DNA of 43,023 bases from a candidate division WOR-3 bacterium (GTDB lineage Bacteria; Hydrothermota; Hydrothermia; LBFQ01; DSFT01): contig JALSOK010000066.1 of assembly GCA_026986535.1 (NCBI GenBank), positions 1-43,023 on the forward strand, given 5' to 3'. Of this stretch, positions 8,798-18,165 are shown one piece after another. How positions within the stretch are numbered: position 1 is the stretch's first letter; each line of letters opens with the position of its first letter. Made by a program: the position numbers and the translations under genes. The notes beneath the pieces were generated by a model, which was given only the letters and a program-made list of their open reading frames with translations, was not told the origin of the DNA and searched no databases.

Positions 8798-10886
8798 TAT
8801 TGCTGTCCATGGAAACCAGTTCATGGAGCAGGGGGCTCAGGCCCCCGTACTTCTTGTATCGTAGAAGGAGTCTCTGTCTATATCTGCCCCTGATTTTCTC
8901 CACAGGTGGGGATGTGGGCCCTATGAGCTCCACCCCATCCGGCAGTCTCCGGGAAAGAAAATCGTAAACACTCTGGATACCGAGTTCGGCCCTCTCCTTC
9001 GCGGAGTGCCTGTACTCTATCATGGTCATGCGATAGTAGGGAGGATAGAGATATTCCCTGCGGGCTCGAAGGATTTGGCGGGCGAAATTCATATAATCCT
9101 CGCTCCGCAGAACCTCCATCACCTCGCTTTCGGGATGAAAGGTCTGTATGTAAAGGGTTCCCTCAGAAAGCCGGCCCTTGAGCTGAAGGAAAACCTGCCC
9201 GATCCTCTCGAGGGAGCGGAAGTCCGGAATCATCATTCCCAGATCCGCCAGCAACACGACAGCCATTCGAACCCGCTGCAGGTTCAGGGCCCTTGCAACC
9301 ACATTGGTTCCAACGATTATGGAGGCCCTTGCGGAATATACCATGGACAGGACTTCGTCCAGCTGTTTTCTCCTGCGCATAACATCGCTGTCGATCCTCA
9401 CCACCCTGCCGGGGAAAATTGTGGAGAGGTACTCCTGAACCCTTTCCGTTCCATATCCCACGGGTCTGAGGTTCAGGGAGCCGCACACGGGACACTTTTC
9501 CACGGGAGACTCCCTGTGGCCGCATATATGACAGTGCATCATGCCATCGGACTTATGGAAGAAGAGGGGAACGGAACAGTTGGGACACATCATGGTGTAT
9601 CCGCAATCCATGCACATCAAACTGCGGGAAAAACCCCTGCGATTGATTAAAACTATCACCTGATTGCCGGCGTCCACCTCCCTCCTCATCCTGTCCAGAA
9701 TCTCCGGAGCGATGGGGGAAGAGAATTTCTTCCTTCTCATATCCACCACCTTCACCCCCACAGGCGTCCGCCCCCTTATCCTCACCATCCTGTACTTTCC
9801 CCTGCCGGCATTGAAGACCGACTCCATGGAGGGGGTGGAACTGTAGAGAAGCACATCCGCTCCCCACAACTTCCCCATGAATACCGCCACATCCCTCGCG
9901 TGGAAGTACGGCCTTTTGTCCTCGTTCTTGTAAAGGGGGTCGTGCTCGTCGTCCACTATGATCAATCCCGGATTCCGAAAGGGCAGAAACAGGGCCATGG
10001 ATGTACCGACCACCACCCTTCTTTTCCCCCTGAATACATCCATCCACACGGCCGTTCTCGACTCCGCGGAAAAGCCGCTGTGATACACCCCCACCAGCTC
10101 CCCGAATGCATCCATGAGGATTCGGGAAAGATAGGGTATGGCGTGAACATCGGGAACGATGATCACCACATCTTTCCCCGCATCCATATACTTCTTCACG
10201 AGATAGAAGTAAAGGGGATAGCGGTCGAAATTCGCGGGGGGAACCATCAGGGTAACCCCCGATATGGAATTGAGAAGGCGGGAATAAATCCCCATGGGCC
10301 TTTCGGGAATATCGAACTGGACCCGGAGGGATGTTATTTCCGTAAGGGCCCTTTCCCTTATGGGCTGTATTTTCTCCTGAATGCGGACGATACCCCGGCG
10401 GACAAGATTTTCGATAGTCCTCCTGTCCTTCGACGAAAAACCCGAAAGACGCACCCACCCCCTGGACCGAAGCAACTTCTCCACCACCTTCTTCTCATAG
10501 GGGGTCAGATCCCTGTCCATATCCACCCTCTTCAGCACCCTCCTGTCCACACGGACGAGCTTCTTCTCCGACTGGAGGGCGCCGGGGGGGAAAAATCTGC
10601 GCAGAGCCTCCCACAGATGAGCCACATAATACCCGGCTATCCAGCGGGCCACCTGAAGGGATTTTTCATCTATCCAGACCCCCTCATTCATCAGGATGGG
10701 CTTTATCTGTATTCCCTCCGGCCTTTCAACCGCCTCCCCCACCACCACCCCCCTTGCCACATGGCCCCTCACCTCCACACTGACCAGCTCCCCGATACGG
10801 GCCCCCAGCTCATCGATATAGTACAGGGTCTCCGGAATCCCGAAGACCGCCACCTCCAGAACCCTCAGCTTCTTCTCTTCAGCCAT
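8763..10886 (-). CDS. priA: Primosomal protein N' (PriA) with degenerate helicase motifs
   Basis: YHSG, IIVDDEHD, HARDVA, SSTPSMES, INRRGF, four CxxC zinc pairs, GYGTERV, IQTFHP, YPPY. The likely start is MAEEKK at 10886; the upstream ORF part overlaps another gene. Confidence 0.93.
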   Translation of the reverse strand: MAEEKKLRVLEVAVFGIPETLYYIDELGARIGELVSVEVRGHVARGVVVGEAVERPEGIQIKPILMNEGVWIDEKSLQVARWIAGYYVAHLWEALRRFFPPGALQSEKKLVRVDRRVLKRVDMDRDLTPYEKKVVEKLLRSRGWVRLSGFSSKDRRTIENLVRRGIVRIQEKIQPIRERALTEITSLRVQFDIPERPMGIYSRLLNSISGVTLMVPPANFDRYPLYFYLVKKYMDAGKDVVIIVPDVHAIPYLSRILMDAFGELVGVYHSGFSAESRTAVWMDVFRGKRRVVVGTSMALFLPFRNPGLIIVDDEHDPLYKNEDKRPYFHARDVAVFMGKLWGADVLLYSSTPSMESVFNAGRGKYRMVRIRGRTPVGVKVVDMRRKKFSSPIAPEILDRMRREVDAGNQVIVLINRRGFSRSLMCMDCGYTMMCPNCSVPLFFHKSDGMMHCHICGHRESPVEKCPVCGSLNLRPVGYGTERVQEYLSTIFPGRVVRIDSDVMRRRKQLDEVLSMVYSARASIIVGTNVVARALNLQRVRMAVVLLADLGMMIPDFRSLERIGQVFLQLKGRLSEGTLYIQTFHPESEVMEVLRSEDYMNFARQILRARREYLYPPYYRMTMIEYRHSAKERAELGIQSVYDFLSRRLPDGVELIGPTSPPVEKIRGRYRQRLLLRYKKYGGLSPLLHELVSMDSNIRIVVDPYDFF

Positions 10887-11320
10887 GTAAAGACTCCATC
10901 GAGCAGGGAATGAAGGGTGTCCGCCACGAACATGCCCGCCGCCACCCAGAACAGCTCGTACCGGTGAGCCCTCAACCACACCTCGATCACGCCCGTATCC
11001 CTGACCACAATCAGAGAAATTATAAGGGCCACCACCCCCAGATACGCGATGCGCGTCAGCGTTCCGATCAGGGGAACATGGGAAAGGCCCCGGTGGGAAA
11101 AGAGGAGGGAATAGGGGAGCCAGAGGATGGAGAGCCAACGCCACCTTCTCACAGGACCGGAGCGGTATATGTCCACATCGGGGGACATGAAATATGTGGC
11201 GAACAGATATCCCCCCGAAAACAGCACACCCTCCTCCATCCCCTCGTACTTCCCCAGCAGATAGGCGAGCAGGGGGAGAAGCAACAGATTGAAACCCGTA
11301 TGGGTCCTGTACCTGGGCAT
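10865..11320 (-). CDS. DUF2227-like putative metal-binding membrane protein
   Basis: MPxxRTH N-terminus, SPDVD, HRGLSHVPLIGT, H-x-x-x-D near the C-terminus. Confidence 0.8.
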   Translation of the reverse strand: MPRYRTHTGFNLLLLPLLAYLLGKYEGMEEGVLFSGGYLFATYFMSPDVDIYRSGPVRRWRWLSILWLPYSLLFSHRGLSHVPLIGTLTRIAYLGVVALIISLIVVRDTGVIEVWLRAHRYELFWVAAGMFVADTLHSLLDGVFTWLKRRS

Positions 11321-12043
11321 CTATCGGGATGAAACCCTTATATACAGCCTCACCTTCCTCTCCACAACTGCTCCGAAAACCCCCGCGGCCCCATCGATGT
11401 TTACAACATCGTTACTGCTACTCATGGCGTAATCGTACATATCCCTGTTGTATCCGATCACATAGATATCGTAGTAGCCCTCCACGGGAAAATAAGTGCT
11501 GTACCTGAGCATATCCGATACCGTATCGGCAGAGTAGTAGGAGAAGAAAGTGGTGAAACCATAAGCCAGGTTGCGGGCCTTCAACTTGTAAATCACCGCC
11601 CCATCGCTGGAAGTCCATACGATTAGAGGAGCCCCCTCCCCCACCTCCACAGTATCACCACTTTCCGGTTGCACAATGGCGAAATCTCCGGGGACCACTG
11701 TGGTCGCCCTCAGGGTATCCAGAGAATCGGGGGTTATGAGCATCAGGCTGTAGGTATCCCCGGTGAAAGGAACGAAAGGGGCATAGTAATAGGTGAGGGT
11801 ATCTATCTCGATGCCGAAGTCGAAACCAAATGTATCAGCCGAATTCCATACCCATGCCCTGGCCCCATCCATGCCGTAGGATGCCTCCTCCTCGGGGGAA
11901 TAGACACGGTCGAAGAAGAGATACTGCGTATCCAGGGGATTGTTGAGAACGAGCCATACATTGTAGGGCGGAATCTCCGGATTCTCGTATCTGACCTGTA
12001 TGCAGGCGGGCAGGAGAAAGAGAAGAGGCAGGAACCTCTTCAT
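11321..12043 (-). CDS. Lipoprotein, DUF4249-like
   Basis: MKRFLPLLFLLPAC lipobox overlapping the upstream stop; C-terminal NIDGAAGVFGA. Confidence 0.7.
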   Translation of the reverse strand: MKRFLPLLFLLPACIQVRYENPEIPPYNVWLVLNNPLDTQYLFFDRVYSPEEEASYGMDGARAWVWNSADTFGFDFGIEIDTLTYYYAPFVPFTGDTYSLMLITPDSLDTLRATTVVPGDFAIVQPESGDTVEVGEGAPLIVWTSSDGAVIYKLKARNLAYGFTTFFSYYSADTVSDMLRYSTYFPVEGYYDIYVIGYNRDMYDYAMSSSNDVVNIDGAAGVFGAVVERKVRLYIRVSSR

Positions 12044-12603
12044 TTCAATTCCAGACCGGATATATTGGACAGGGTACTCCTCAGTGCTTCGTAATCGGGA
12101 GGAGCCCCCACGATCATCTTGATGTCCGCATACTCGTTCTCTCCATCGGAGGAGATGATGAAGAAAGTAGGCGTGCCGGAAACTCCCAGTTTGAAGCCCA
12201 GCTCCATATCCCTCTCCACTATGGCCTTCCCATCGCAATTCTTCTTATCCGGCTTCACATCCTTCCCCTTTATGAGTTGCTCCTTCGCCTTGAAATAATC
12301 CCTGGAGCAGGCTATGATTTCGGCTTTTCTGCGGGCGTCCGGATGGAAATCGAGGGGAAACCAGCGGATGAATACTGCCACCTTGTCCGGGTTCTTTTCG
12401 TAAAGCTGCTTAACCAGAGGAATGGATTTTCTGCAAAAGGGACAATCGGGATCATCGAATATCACTATCTTCAACGGAGCATCCTTCCTGCCCAGAATAA
12501 GCTGGGCTTCGGATACCACTTCCCGCGCAATCTGGACAGCATCCTGTTGCTCGCTCGATTGCGCCTGAGCCTGAGAAATGAAAACTGCAAAGAGAATTCC
12601 CAT
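12040..12603 (-). CDS. DsbA/DsbC/DsbG-type thioredoxin-fold protein
   Basis: FDDPDCPFC, FPLDFHP, GVSGTPTF; TAAAAT at 12610-12615, 6 nt upstream. Confidence 0.88.
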   Translation of the reverse strand: MGILFAVFISQAQAQSSEQQDAVQIAREVVSEAQLILGRKDAPLKIVIFDDPDCPFCRKSIPLVKQLYEKNPDKVAVFIRWFPLDFHPDARRKAEIIACSRDYFKAKEQLIKGKDVKPDKKNCDGKAIVERDMELGFKLGVSGTPTFFIISSDGENEYADIKMIVGAPPDYEALRSTLSNISGLELK

Positions 12604-12622
12604 GGGAAAATTTTAAGGGAAG

Positions 12623-12696
12623 TGGGCGCGCCAGGATTCGAACCTGGGACCTCCACCGTGTGAAGATGGCGCTCTCACCAACTGAGCTACGCGCCC
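12623..12696 (-). tRNA. tRNA-Val (CAC), CCA not encoded
   Basis: Reverse strand GGGCGCGTAGCTCAG...CCATC-TTCACAC-GGTGG...GTTCGAATCCTGGCGCGCCCA. Confidence 0.96.
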
Positions 12697-12760
12697 ACCA
12701 GACTGGTATAAATTTTAAAGCAAAATCGGGCCCCCTGACAAAATCCGGACAATATGGATG

Positions 12761-13233
12761 TTATCCCTTTTTCTCATCGAGGGTCCGTATCACCCGGGCA
12801 GGAACACCGGCCACCACCGTATTGGGCGGCACATCCCTGTTCACCAGAGACATTGCTCCCACAATGGAACCCTCCCCTATCGTCACTCCCGGAAGTATCA
12901 CACTGTGCACTCCGATAAAAGCATTTTTCTTGATCACCACCCTGCCCACTTTAACATCCTCGTCCCTGGCATAGTACATGGAGTTATCGTGGGCGAGGAT
13001 TATGGACATGGCGGCTATGGTAACATTGTCCTCTATTTCCACCATGTGGGGATGCACATTGTCGATTATGCAGAAATATCCTATCTCCACATTTCTGCCT
13101 ATCTTCACTCCACGGATTCTATAGAAGAATACCCTGAGGCTCTTGTGGGAGCAAACCACGCCAGACCCTGCACTAGAACCGATACGATTCTCCTCCATAT
13201 ATTACCCCTGGCCAGCCTCTCCCTGCTCTCCAT
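12761..13233 (-). pseudogene. Hexapeptide-repeat (LbH) acyltransferase, apparently frameshifted near 13147-13149 (or a sequence error)
   Basis: The LbH core (GVKIGRNVEIG, ILPGVTIGEGSIVGAMSLV, VVAGVPARVIR) is in the 12761..13198 frame. A natural N-terminus from ATG 13233 is in a different frame. Confidence 0.6.
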
Positions 13234-13260
13234 TGCTTTAAATTTTAATTCTGCTAACCA

Positions 13261-13782
13261 CTATTTCTCCAGCTTTTTACGCAGGAGCTCGAGAGCTCCC
13301 CTGACGGCATTTTCCATGGCTTCTCCTTTGGTCTTTCCGTATCCGGTACCCCTGCCGAAGTACAGTATCTCCCCGCTGCGGCCATCCACCAGTTTCACAA
13401 CTATCTCCAGCATATAAGTGGTCCCGAACACATCGTCTCTCATGCGGGCCGTGAGGACATCGTATGTGGCCAGAATGTCTGCCTTAATGTGCTTTCCCTT
13501 TGCGCTCTGTATTCCAGAGCCCTTCGAATCCACCGGTTTGAATATACCCATATTCATCAGCTCCATAAGTAGAAGGTCGTTGAGTATCTTCAGGTCAGCA
13601 CTCCGTATGTACGGGGATGTCTCGAGGGGAAGGAGCTCCAGGGTGTACTTTCTATAGAGGTCGAACACGGGAGATATACTGCCCGTTCCGCCATAATAGG
13701 ATGTGGCGCATCCGGACAAAACCACAGCCAGCAAACTAATCCCACCCCTCACGCCAGTCATCATCTTCCGGAATATCCTCAT
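13261..13782 (-). CDS. Hypothetical lipoprotein
   Basis: ATG at 13782 follows AGGAGG; lipobox VLSGC; VKLVDGRSGEIL resembles CsgG/LpoB-like folds. Confidence 0.7.
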   Translation of the reverse strand: MRIFRKMMTGVRGGISLLAVVLSGCATSYYGGTGSISPVFDLYRKYTLELLPLETSPYIRSADLKILNDLLLMELMNMGIFKPVDSKGSGIQSAKGKHIKADILATYDVLTARMRDDVFGTTYMLEIVVKLVDGRSGEILYFGRGTGYGKTKGEAMENAVRGALELLRKKLEK

Positions 13783-14704
13783 AATAGTCTTCCTCCTGCT
13801 GCTGGATCCACCTGCGAAGTTCCTGCCTGGAGGAAGAATAGGAAAGGGCCGATAGGACCACGAAGAAGTTCTCCCTGTCCACAACCCTGGGATAGAGGAG
13901 CTTGGCCACCCTTATGCGGTTTTCTTCGAAGTCGAAGGTTTCCATGATTTCCTTCACCTGCTGACTGGTGAAGTAGTTCTCTTCAGCCGCGGTCTTCACT
14001 ATATCGAGCCGGGATGATTCCATCTGCTCGTTCCTGAGCATTGTTATCAACTTCCGGAATTCATCCTCCGGCATGGGCTCTATATAAGCACGGTGAGGGG
14101 GCCAGACATAGAGGCGATGCCTGTAGCCATCCCAGAGATACAGTCTCCTGCTCCACAGGGTTATGCTCCCCTTTTTCAGAATCACTCTATAGGGGCCATC
14201 TGCCGGCAGACTCCACCTCGCGGGAACAGTACCCCTGCGGATAATCCGGCCATACCTTCTGACCTCCACCCTGTAGCCCGCCGGCTTCCTGACCTCCAGG
14301 ATGGTCCGATAATAGGGCTCCCTTATGAGCAGATAACTCCTCCCCTCCTCTATATCCAGGTCAGTGTATGGATAATCGTCGCAGTAATCATCACTCCATC
14401 CTATGCGGACTATGTTGTCCATCCCCCTCCTCACATACAGAGTTATGGTCCCGATTCCCTCCACATCAATGGTGTACCTTCCCGCAAGACCGACGAATAT
14501 AGTCAGGGGAATCCTCCCCCTTTTGATAACCCTGCCAAGACTGTTGGTGATTATGACTCTTCTTCCCCCGGGCCCCTCTATCCTGATGGTGGTTCTGTTA
14601 TCCGGCCTGTACTTTCTCCTTATGACATAACCCCTGTGCTGTATCGCCCCGCCCGGCTGTAGCTGTGGCCAGCCCGCATATCCCAGTAAAATGAGAATTT
14701 CCAT
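13736..14704 (-). CDS. DUF4476-domain protein with Arg-rich duplicated N-terminal beta modules
   Basis: C-terminal FTSQQVKEIM...FDFEENRIRVAKLLYPRVVDRENF; TATAAT at 14713-14718. Confidence 0.75.
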   Translation of the reverse strand: MEILILLGYAGWPQLQPGGAIQHRGYVIRRKYRPDNRTTIRIEGPGGRRVIITNSLGRVIKRGRIPLTIFVGLAGRYTIDVEGIGTITLYVRRGMDNIVRIGWSDDYCDDYPYTDLDIEEGRSYLLIREPYYRTILEVRKPAGYRVEVRRYGRIIRRGTVPARWSLPADGPYRVILKKGSITLWSRRLYLWDGYRHRLYVWPPHRAYIEPMPEDEFRKLITMLRNEQMESSRLDIVKTAAEENYFTSQQVKEIMETFDFEENRIRVAKLLYPRVVDRENFFVVLSALSYSSSRQELRRWIQQQEEDYYEDIPEDDDWREGWD

Positions 14705-14755
14705 CGAAACAAATTATAAGGGTCCGGTTGCATTTCAGGGGGAAATCCCCCCGAA

Positions 14756-15367
14756 TCAGAATCGGAGTCCGAAGCCCGCTGTTGCCTCGAACCAGCCGGT
14801 ATATCCATCGTAGAAGGAACCAAGGCTTTCGCTGGTCCCTTCCGCAAACAGATACAATCCATCCGATAATCTATAGGTGATGAAAGCCGAGAAGAAGATG
14901 GAAGGGGTGAAGCTGGGGGGCGAGTGCGTTCCACCGCCTATTATACCGGTTCCGCTGACAGCGTACTCGTTGAGCAGTCCCATAGAGATGGAAGTTCCAT
15001 AGGAAATACTTCCCTCGCTATTGAGAACCAGCTTGCTCCCCAGACCCAGGTAAAGCATGTTTCCGCTGGTCAGAGTATCGCCATCCTGCACTTCCCATAC
15101 GATCGGTTTGAGCTGATTCCATGTATGGTACACTTCCACGAAAGGAGCTATTCTGGTTCCCTGCTGGAGGAAAGGGAATACCTGAACAGCCCAATCAGGA
15201 GGTTCCACCCATACACCTGCCCTTATTCTCGCTTCTACACCGGGCTTATGGTTGGTGTTGAATGCGCCGAAGAATGGGAGCCATGGGCCGGCTCCTGCTT
15301 CCACCCATATCTGGGCACCCGCCAGGGCGGGGGTCAGCAGAATGGTTCCAAAAAGTAAGTTCCTCAT
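14756..15367 (-). CDS. Small outer-membrane beta-barrel protein
   Basis: Signal peptide MRNLLFGTILLTPALAGAQ, alternating beta-strand pattern, C-terminal GFGLRF; TACAAT at 15374-15379. Confidence 0.75.
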   Translation of the reverse strand: MRNLLFGTILLTPALAGAQIWVEAGAGPWLPFFGAFNTNHKPGVEARIRAGVWVEPPDWAVQVFPFLQQGTRIAPFVEVYHTWNQLKPIVWEVQDGDTLTSGNMLYLGLGSKLVLNSEGSISYGTSISMGLLNEYAVSGTGIIGGGTHSPPSFTPSIFFSAFITYRLSDGLYLFAEGTSESLGSFYDGYTGWFEATAGFGLRF

Positions 15368-15405
15368 AAACAAATTGTAAAGGCCCGGAAGGACCGGACC
15401 ATACC

Positions 15406-16656
15406 TCAGAGCAGATCTCTGTAGAAGGGAAAGGCTTCAGCCAGCTCCCTGACCTTTCCTTTTGCCCACTTTTTGTTCTCTTCAGATGCATCCTTAAGCA
15501 CTTTTGCTATTATTTGACCAACCTGACGCATCTCCTCTTCTTTCATCCCCCTGGTGGTCAGTATAGGAGTCCCTATGCGGATCCCGCTGGTTACAGTTGG
15601 CTTTTCGGGATCGAAGGGGATGGTGTTTTTGTTTACCGTTATGCCCACCTCCTCCAGTATTCTCTCCGCCTCATTTCCCTTCATGCCTATGGATCTCAGG
15701 TCCACAAGTATCAGGTGATTATCCGTACCTCCCGAAACCAGTCTGAGCCCCTGCCTCATGAGCTCCTCCGCGAGGGCCTTTGCATTCTTCACCACCTGCT
15801 GTGCATATTCTCTGAAAGAAGGGGTCAGGGCTTCCCTGAATGCGACGGCCTTGGCGGCTATCACATGCATCAGGGGACCCCCCTGGATTCCCGGGAATAC
15901 GGTCTTGTCGATTTTCTTTGCGATATCCTCATAATCGGTCATCACCATTCCACCCCTGGGTCCCCTCAGGGTCTTGTGGGTGGTGGTCGTGGTGGCGTGG
16001 ACATACGGAATGGGGGATGGATGTACTCCACCCGCCACCAGCCCCGCGATATGGGCGATATCGGCCATTACATACGCTCCCACTTCATCGGCAATCTCCC
16101 TGAACCTGTCCCATTCGATTATACGGGGGTATGCGGAGTATCCCGTGACGATTATGGCGGGTTTGTGCTCTCTGGCCAGTTTTCTGACCAGGTCGAAGTC
16201 TATCCTCTCCGTCTCCGGATGCACGGTGTAGTGCACCACATTGTAGAGCTTACCCGAGAAATTGACCCTGTGCCCGTGGGTCAGGTGGCCGCCGTGGGAC
16301 AGCTCCATCGACAGTATGGTATCACCGGGTTTTATCAGGGCAAAATAGACCGCCATGTTCGCCTGAGAGCCGCTGTGGGGCTGAACATTCACGAATCTCA
16401 CCCGAAAGAGCTCTTTTGCCCTCTCTATGGCCAGATTCTCGGCAATATCCACGAACTGGCAGCCACCGTAGTACCTCCTTCCGGGATACCCCTCCGCATA
16501 CTTGTTATTCAAAACGGTGGCCATGGTCTCCAGCACCGCCCTGGATGCGTAGTTTTCCGATGCTATCATCTCCAGAGTGTATTCCTGACGGGCGGTCTCT
16601 TTCTTTATAACTTCGAAGATTTCGGGGTCGGTTGCTCTCACTGATTCATACTTCAT
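15406..16656 (-). CDS. glyA: Serine hydroxymethyltransferase
   Basis: [43 protein letters not shown]. Start reassigned to ATG 16656, with TAACAT 6 nt upstream. Confidence 0.99.
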   Translation of the reverse strand: MKYESVRATDPEIFEVIKKETARQEYTLEMIASENYASRAVLETMATVLNNKYAEGYPGRRYYGGCQFVDIAENLAIERAKELFRVRFVNVQPHSGSQANMAVYFALIKPGDTILSMELSHGGHLTHGHRVNFSGKLYNVVHYTVHPETERIDFDLVRKLAREHKPAIIVTGYSAYPRIIEWDRFREIADEVGAYVMADIAHIAGLVAGGVHPSPIPYVHATTTTTHKTLRGPRGGMVMTDYEDIAKKIDKTVFPGIQGGPLMHVIAAKAVAFREALTPSFREYAQQVVKNAKALAEELMRQGLRLVSGGTDNHLILVDLRSIGMKGNEAERILEEVGITVNKNTIPFDPEKPTVTSGIRIGTPILTTRGMKEEEMRQVGQIIAKVLKDASEENKKWAKGKVRELAEAFPFYRDLL

Positions 16657-16810
16657 GAGCAAATGTTAAAGGGATGGGGACGGGAGTTAAAATTCGGGAA
16701 AAAGATGGCAAAACAAGTTTTGCGAAAATTAAGTTATTGGTTTAAATAGACTTATACCTATCGTCCTGTTCGGGATTGAATCCAGAATATTCCATCAGGG
16801 AGGATGTGCC

Positions 16811-18139
16811 ATGATGTATGCAATGATGTATTTCCTGGTTTCGCAGGAGGGAAGTCTGCTGTGGTTAAAGACCTACGGTGGAAATGATTACGACTGGTTC
16901 GAGGCTGTGGCAATGGATTCGACGGGAAGGTATGTTGTGGCAGGTCCCTCGTGGCTCTCCGGAAATTTCGACCCGGACCTGTGGATTCTTATCGTGGACT
17001 CCTCCTCAGGGGATACAGTAAGGAGCATCCTGCTGGGTCAATCGGGGGTCTTCGAATGGCCCCACGACATCATGGTGGACCCGGAGGGCTATTACACAGT
17101 GGTGGGCCAGAGGGACACCCTCGTATGGGCTGTCAGAGTGGATACAGCGGGTAATGTGGTGTGGGATATGACATACGGGGCGGGAGATGCTTCCGCAGTT
17201 GCCCTGCTGCCGGACGGCTACTATGTAATCGGGGCGACAGTTTCCACCGATACGAAGGGGGCGGAGTTTGCCTTTATTAAAGTGAATCCGGTCGATGGTT
17301 CGGAAGTCTGGAGGGGCCTATACGGGACGGCGGATATGGATATCCTATCGGACCTCGCCGTGGACAGCTATGGAAACTGCATTGCCGCAGGCGCCACATG
17401 GGGTGCAGGTTATGACAACTATATCCTCAAGGTTTCCTGTGTTTCGGGTGATAGCCTGTGGGCAGTGTCCTTCGGAGATGCAGGCTCCAACTTCGCCACA
17501 GGAATTGCCCTGGACGGAAATTATTATGCCATCTCCTCCTTCAGCGGCTATGGTCTGGATAGTTCCAGGGTGGTGGCGGCCAGGGTATCCGCCCTCGATG
17601 GCTCCCTCGAGTGGGTTAGAAGGTATGGAAACGGCTACGGTCGGGCAATTTCCGTCAGTCCTGCCGGCTACTATGTGCTGGCGGCAGATTATGAGGATAC
17701 ATTAACATCCACCACCATGGCCTGGCTTTTGAAGATAGAACCGGATTATGGAGACACCCTGTGGAGCGTATTCATAGAAGATACTGCGAACTCCAGAGTC
17801 CATGGAGTGATTACAGGACCTCTCGGGGAGTATGTGGTGGCAGGCGAAATGGACATCAATTCGGTAGATGGCCTCATCTATAAGGTGTATGGGGAGACTC
17901 CATTGAACACCCGCGAAAGGATGGAAAACACACCCATCGCCCTCAGAATTCTTCCGGGGCGCATTATTCTCGAGAACACAGGAAGCACAGCCACGCTCCT
18001 TAGAGTATTCAGCCCATCGGGGAAGATGGTGAGCAGTGTACAGCTGAATCCCCACTCCAGCGGTTCAATTTCCCTATCTCCGGGCGTATATATCCTGAGG
18101 TCAGGGGAGAACTCCGCAAGAACAGTGGCTATTCCATGA
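16811..18139 (+). CDS. Secreted acidic beta-propeller repeat protein with a T9SS (Por)-like C-terminal tail
   Basis: Repeats LWLKTYGG/VWDMTYGA/VWRGLYGT/LWAVSFGD/EWVRRYGN/LWSVFIED; tail RVFSPSGKMV...LSPGVYILR; SD GGAGG. Confidence 0.75.
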   Translation: MMYAMMYFLVSQEGSLLWLKTYGGNDYDWFEAVAMDSTGRYVVAGPSWLSGNFDPDLWILIVDSSSGDTVRSILLGQSGVFEWPHDIMVDPEGYYTVVGQRDTLVWAVRVDTAGNVVWDMTYGAGDASAVALLPDGYYVIGATVSTDTKGAEFAFIKVNPVDGSEVWRGLYGTADMDILSDLAVDSYGNCIAAGATWGAGYDNYILKVSCVSGDSLWAVSFGDAGSNFATGIALDGNYYAISSFSGYGLDSSRVVAARVSALDGSLEWVRRYGNGYGRAISVSPAGYYVLAADYEDTLTSTTMAWLLKIEPDYGDTLWSVFIEDTANSRVHGVITGPLGEYVVAGEMDINSVDGLIYKVYGETPLNTRERMENTPIALRILPGRIILENTGSTATLLRVFSPSGKMVSSVQLNPHSSGSISLSPGVYILRSGENSARTVAIP

Positions 18140-18144
18140 GATAA

Positions 18145-18165
18145 CAGGGGGATCGTCTCCCCCTG
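18145..18165 (+). terminator. Hairpin after the 16811..18139 gene
   Basis: CAGGGGGA-tcgtc-TCCCCCTG; no U-tract. Confidence 0.55.

Noticed and set aside
10887-11144. N-terminal 85 aa of the 793-aa PriA ORF
   Set aside because: Overlaps the DUF2227-like gene in another frame; PriA-like sequence begins at MAEEKK (10886).
12044-12238. N-terminal extension of the 305-aa ORF, and similar extensions at 13783-13884, 32036-32116 and 35977-36054
   Set aside because: They overlap upstream genes; better internal starts exist with a lipobox, SD or stop-start coupling.
12623-12700. Apparent + strand tRNA ending GCGCCCACCA
   Set aside because: It is the reverse complement of the minus-strand tRNA-Val; the D- and T-loop consensus fit only the minus strand.
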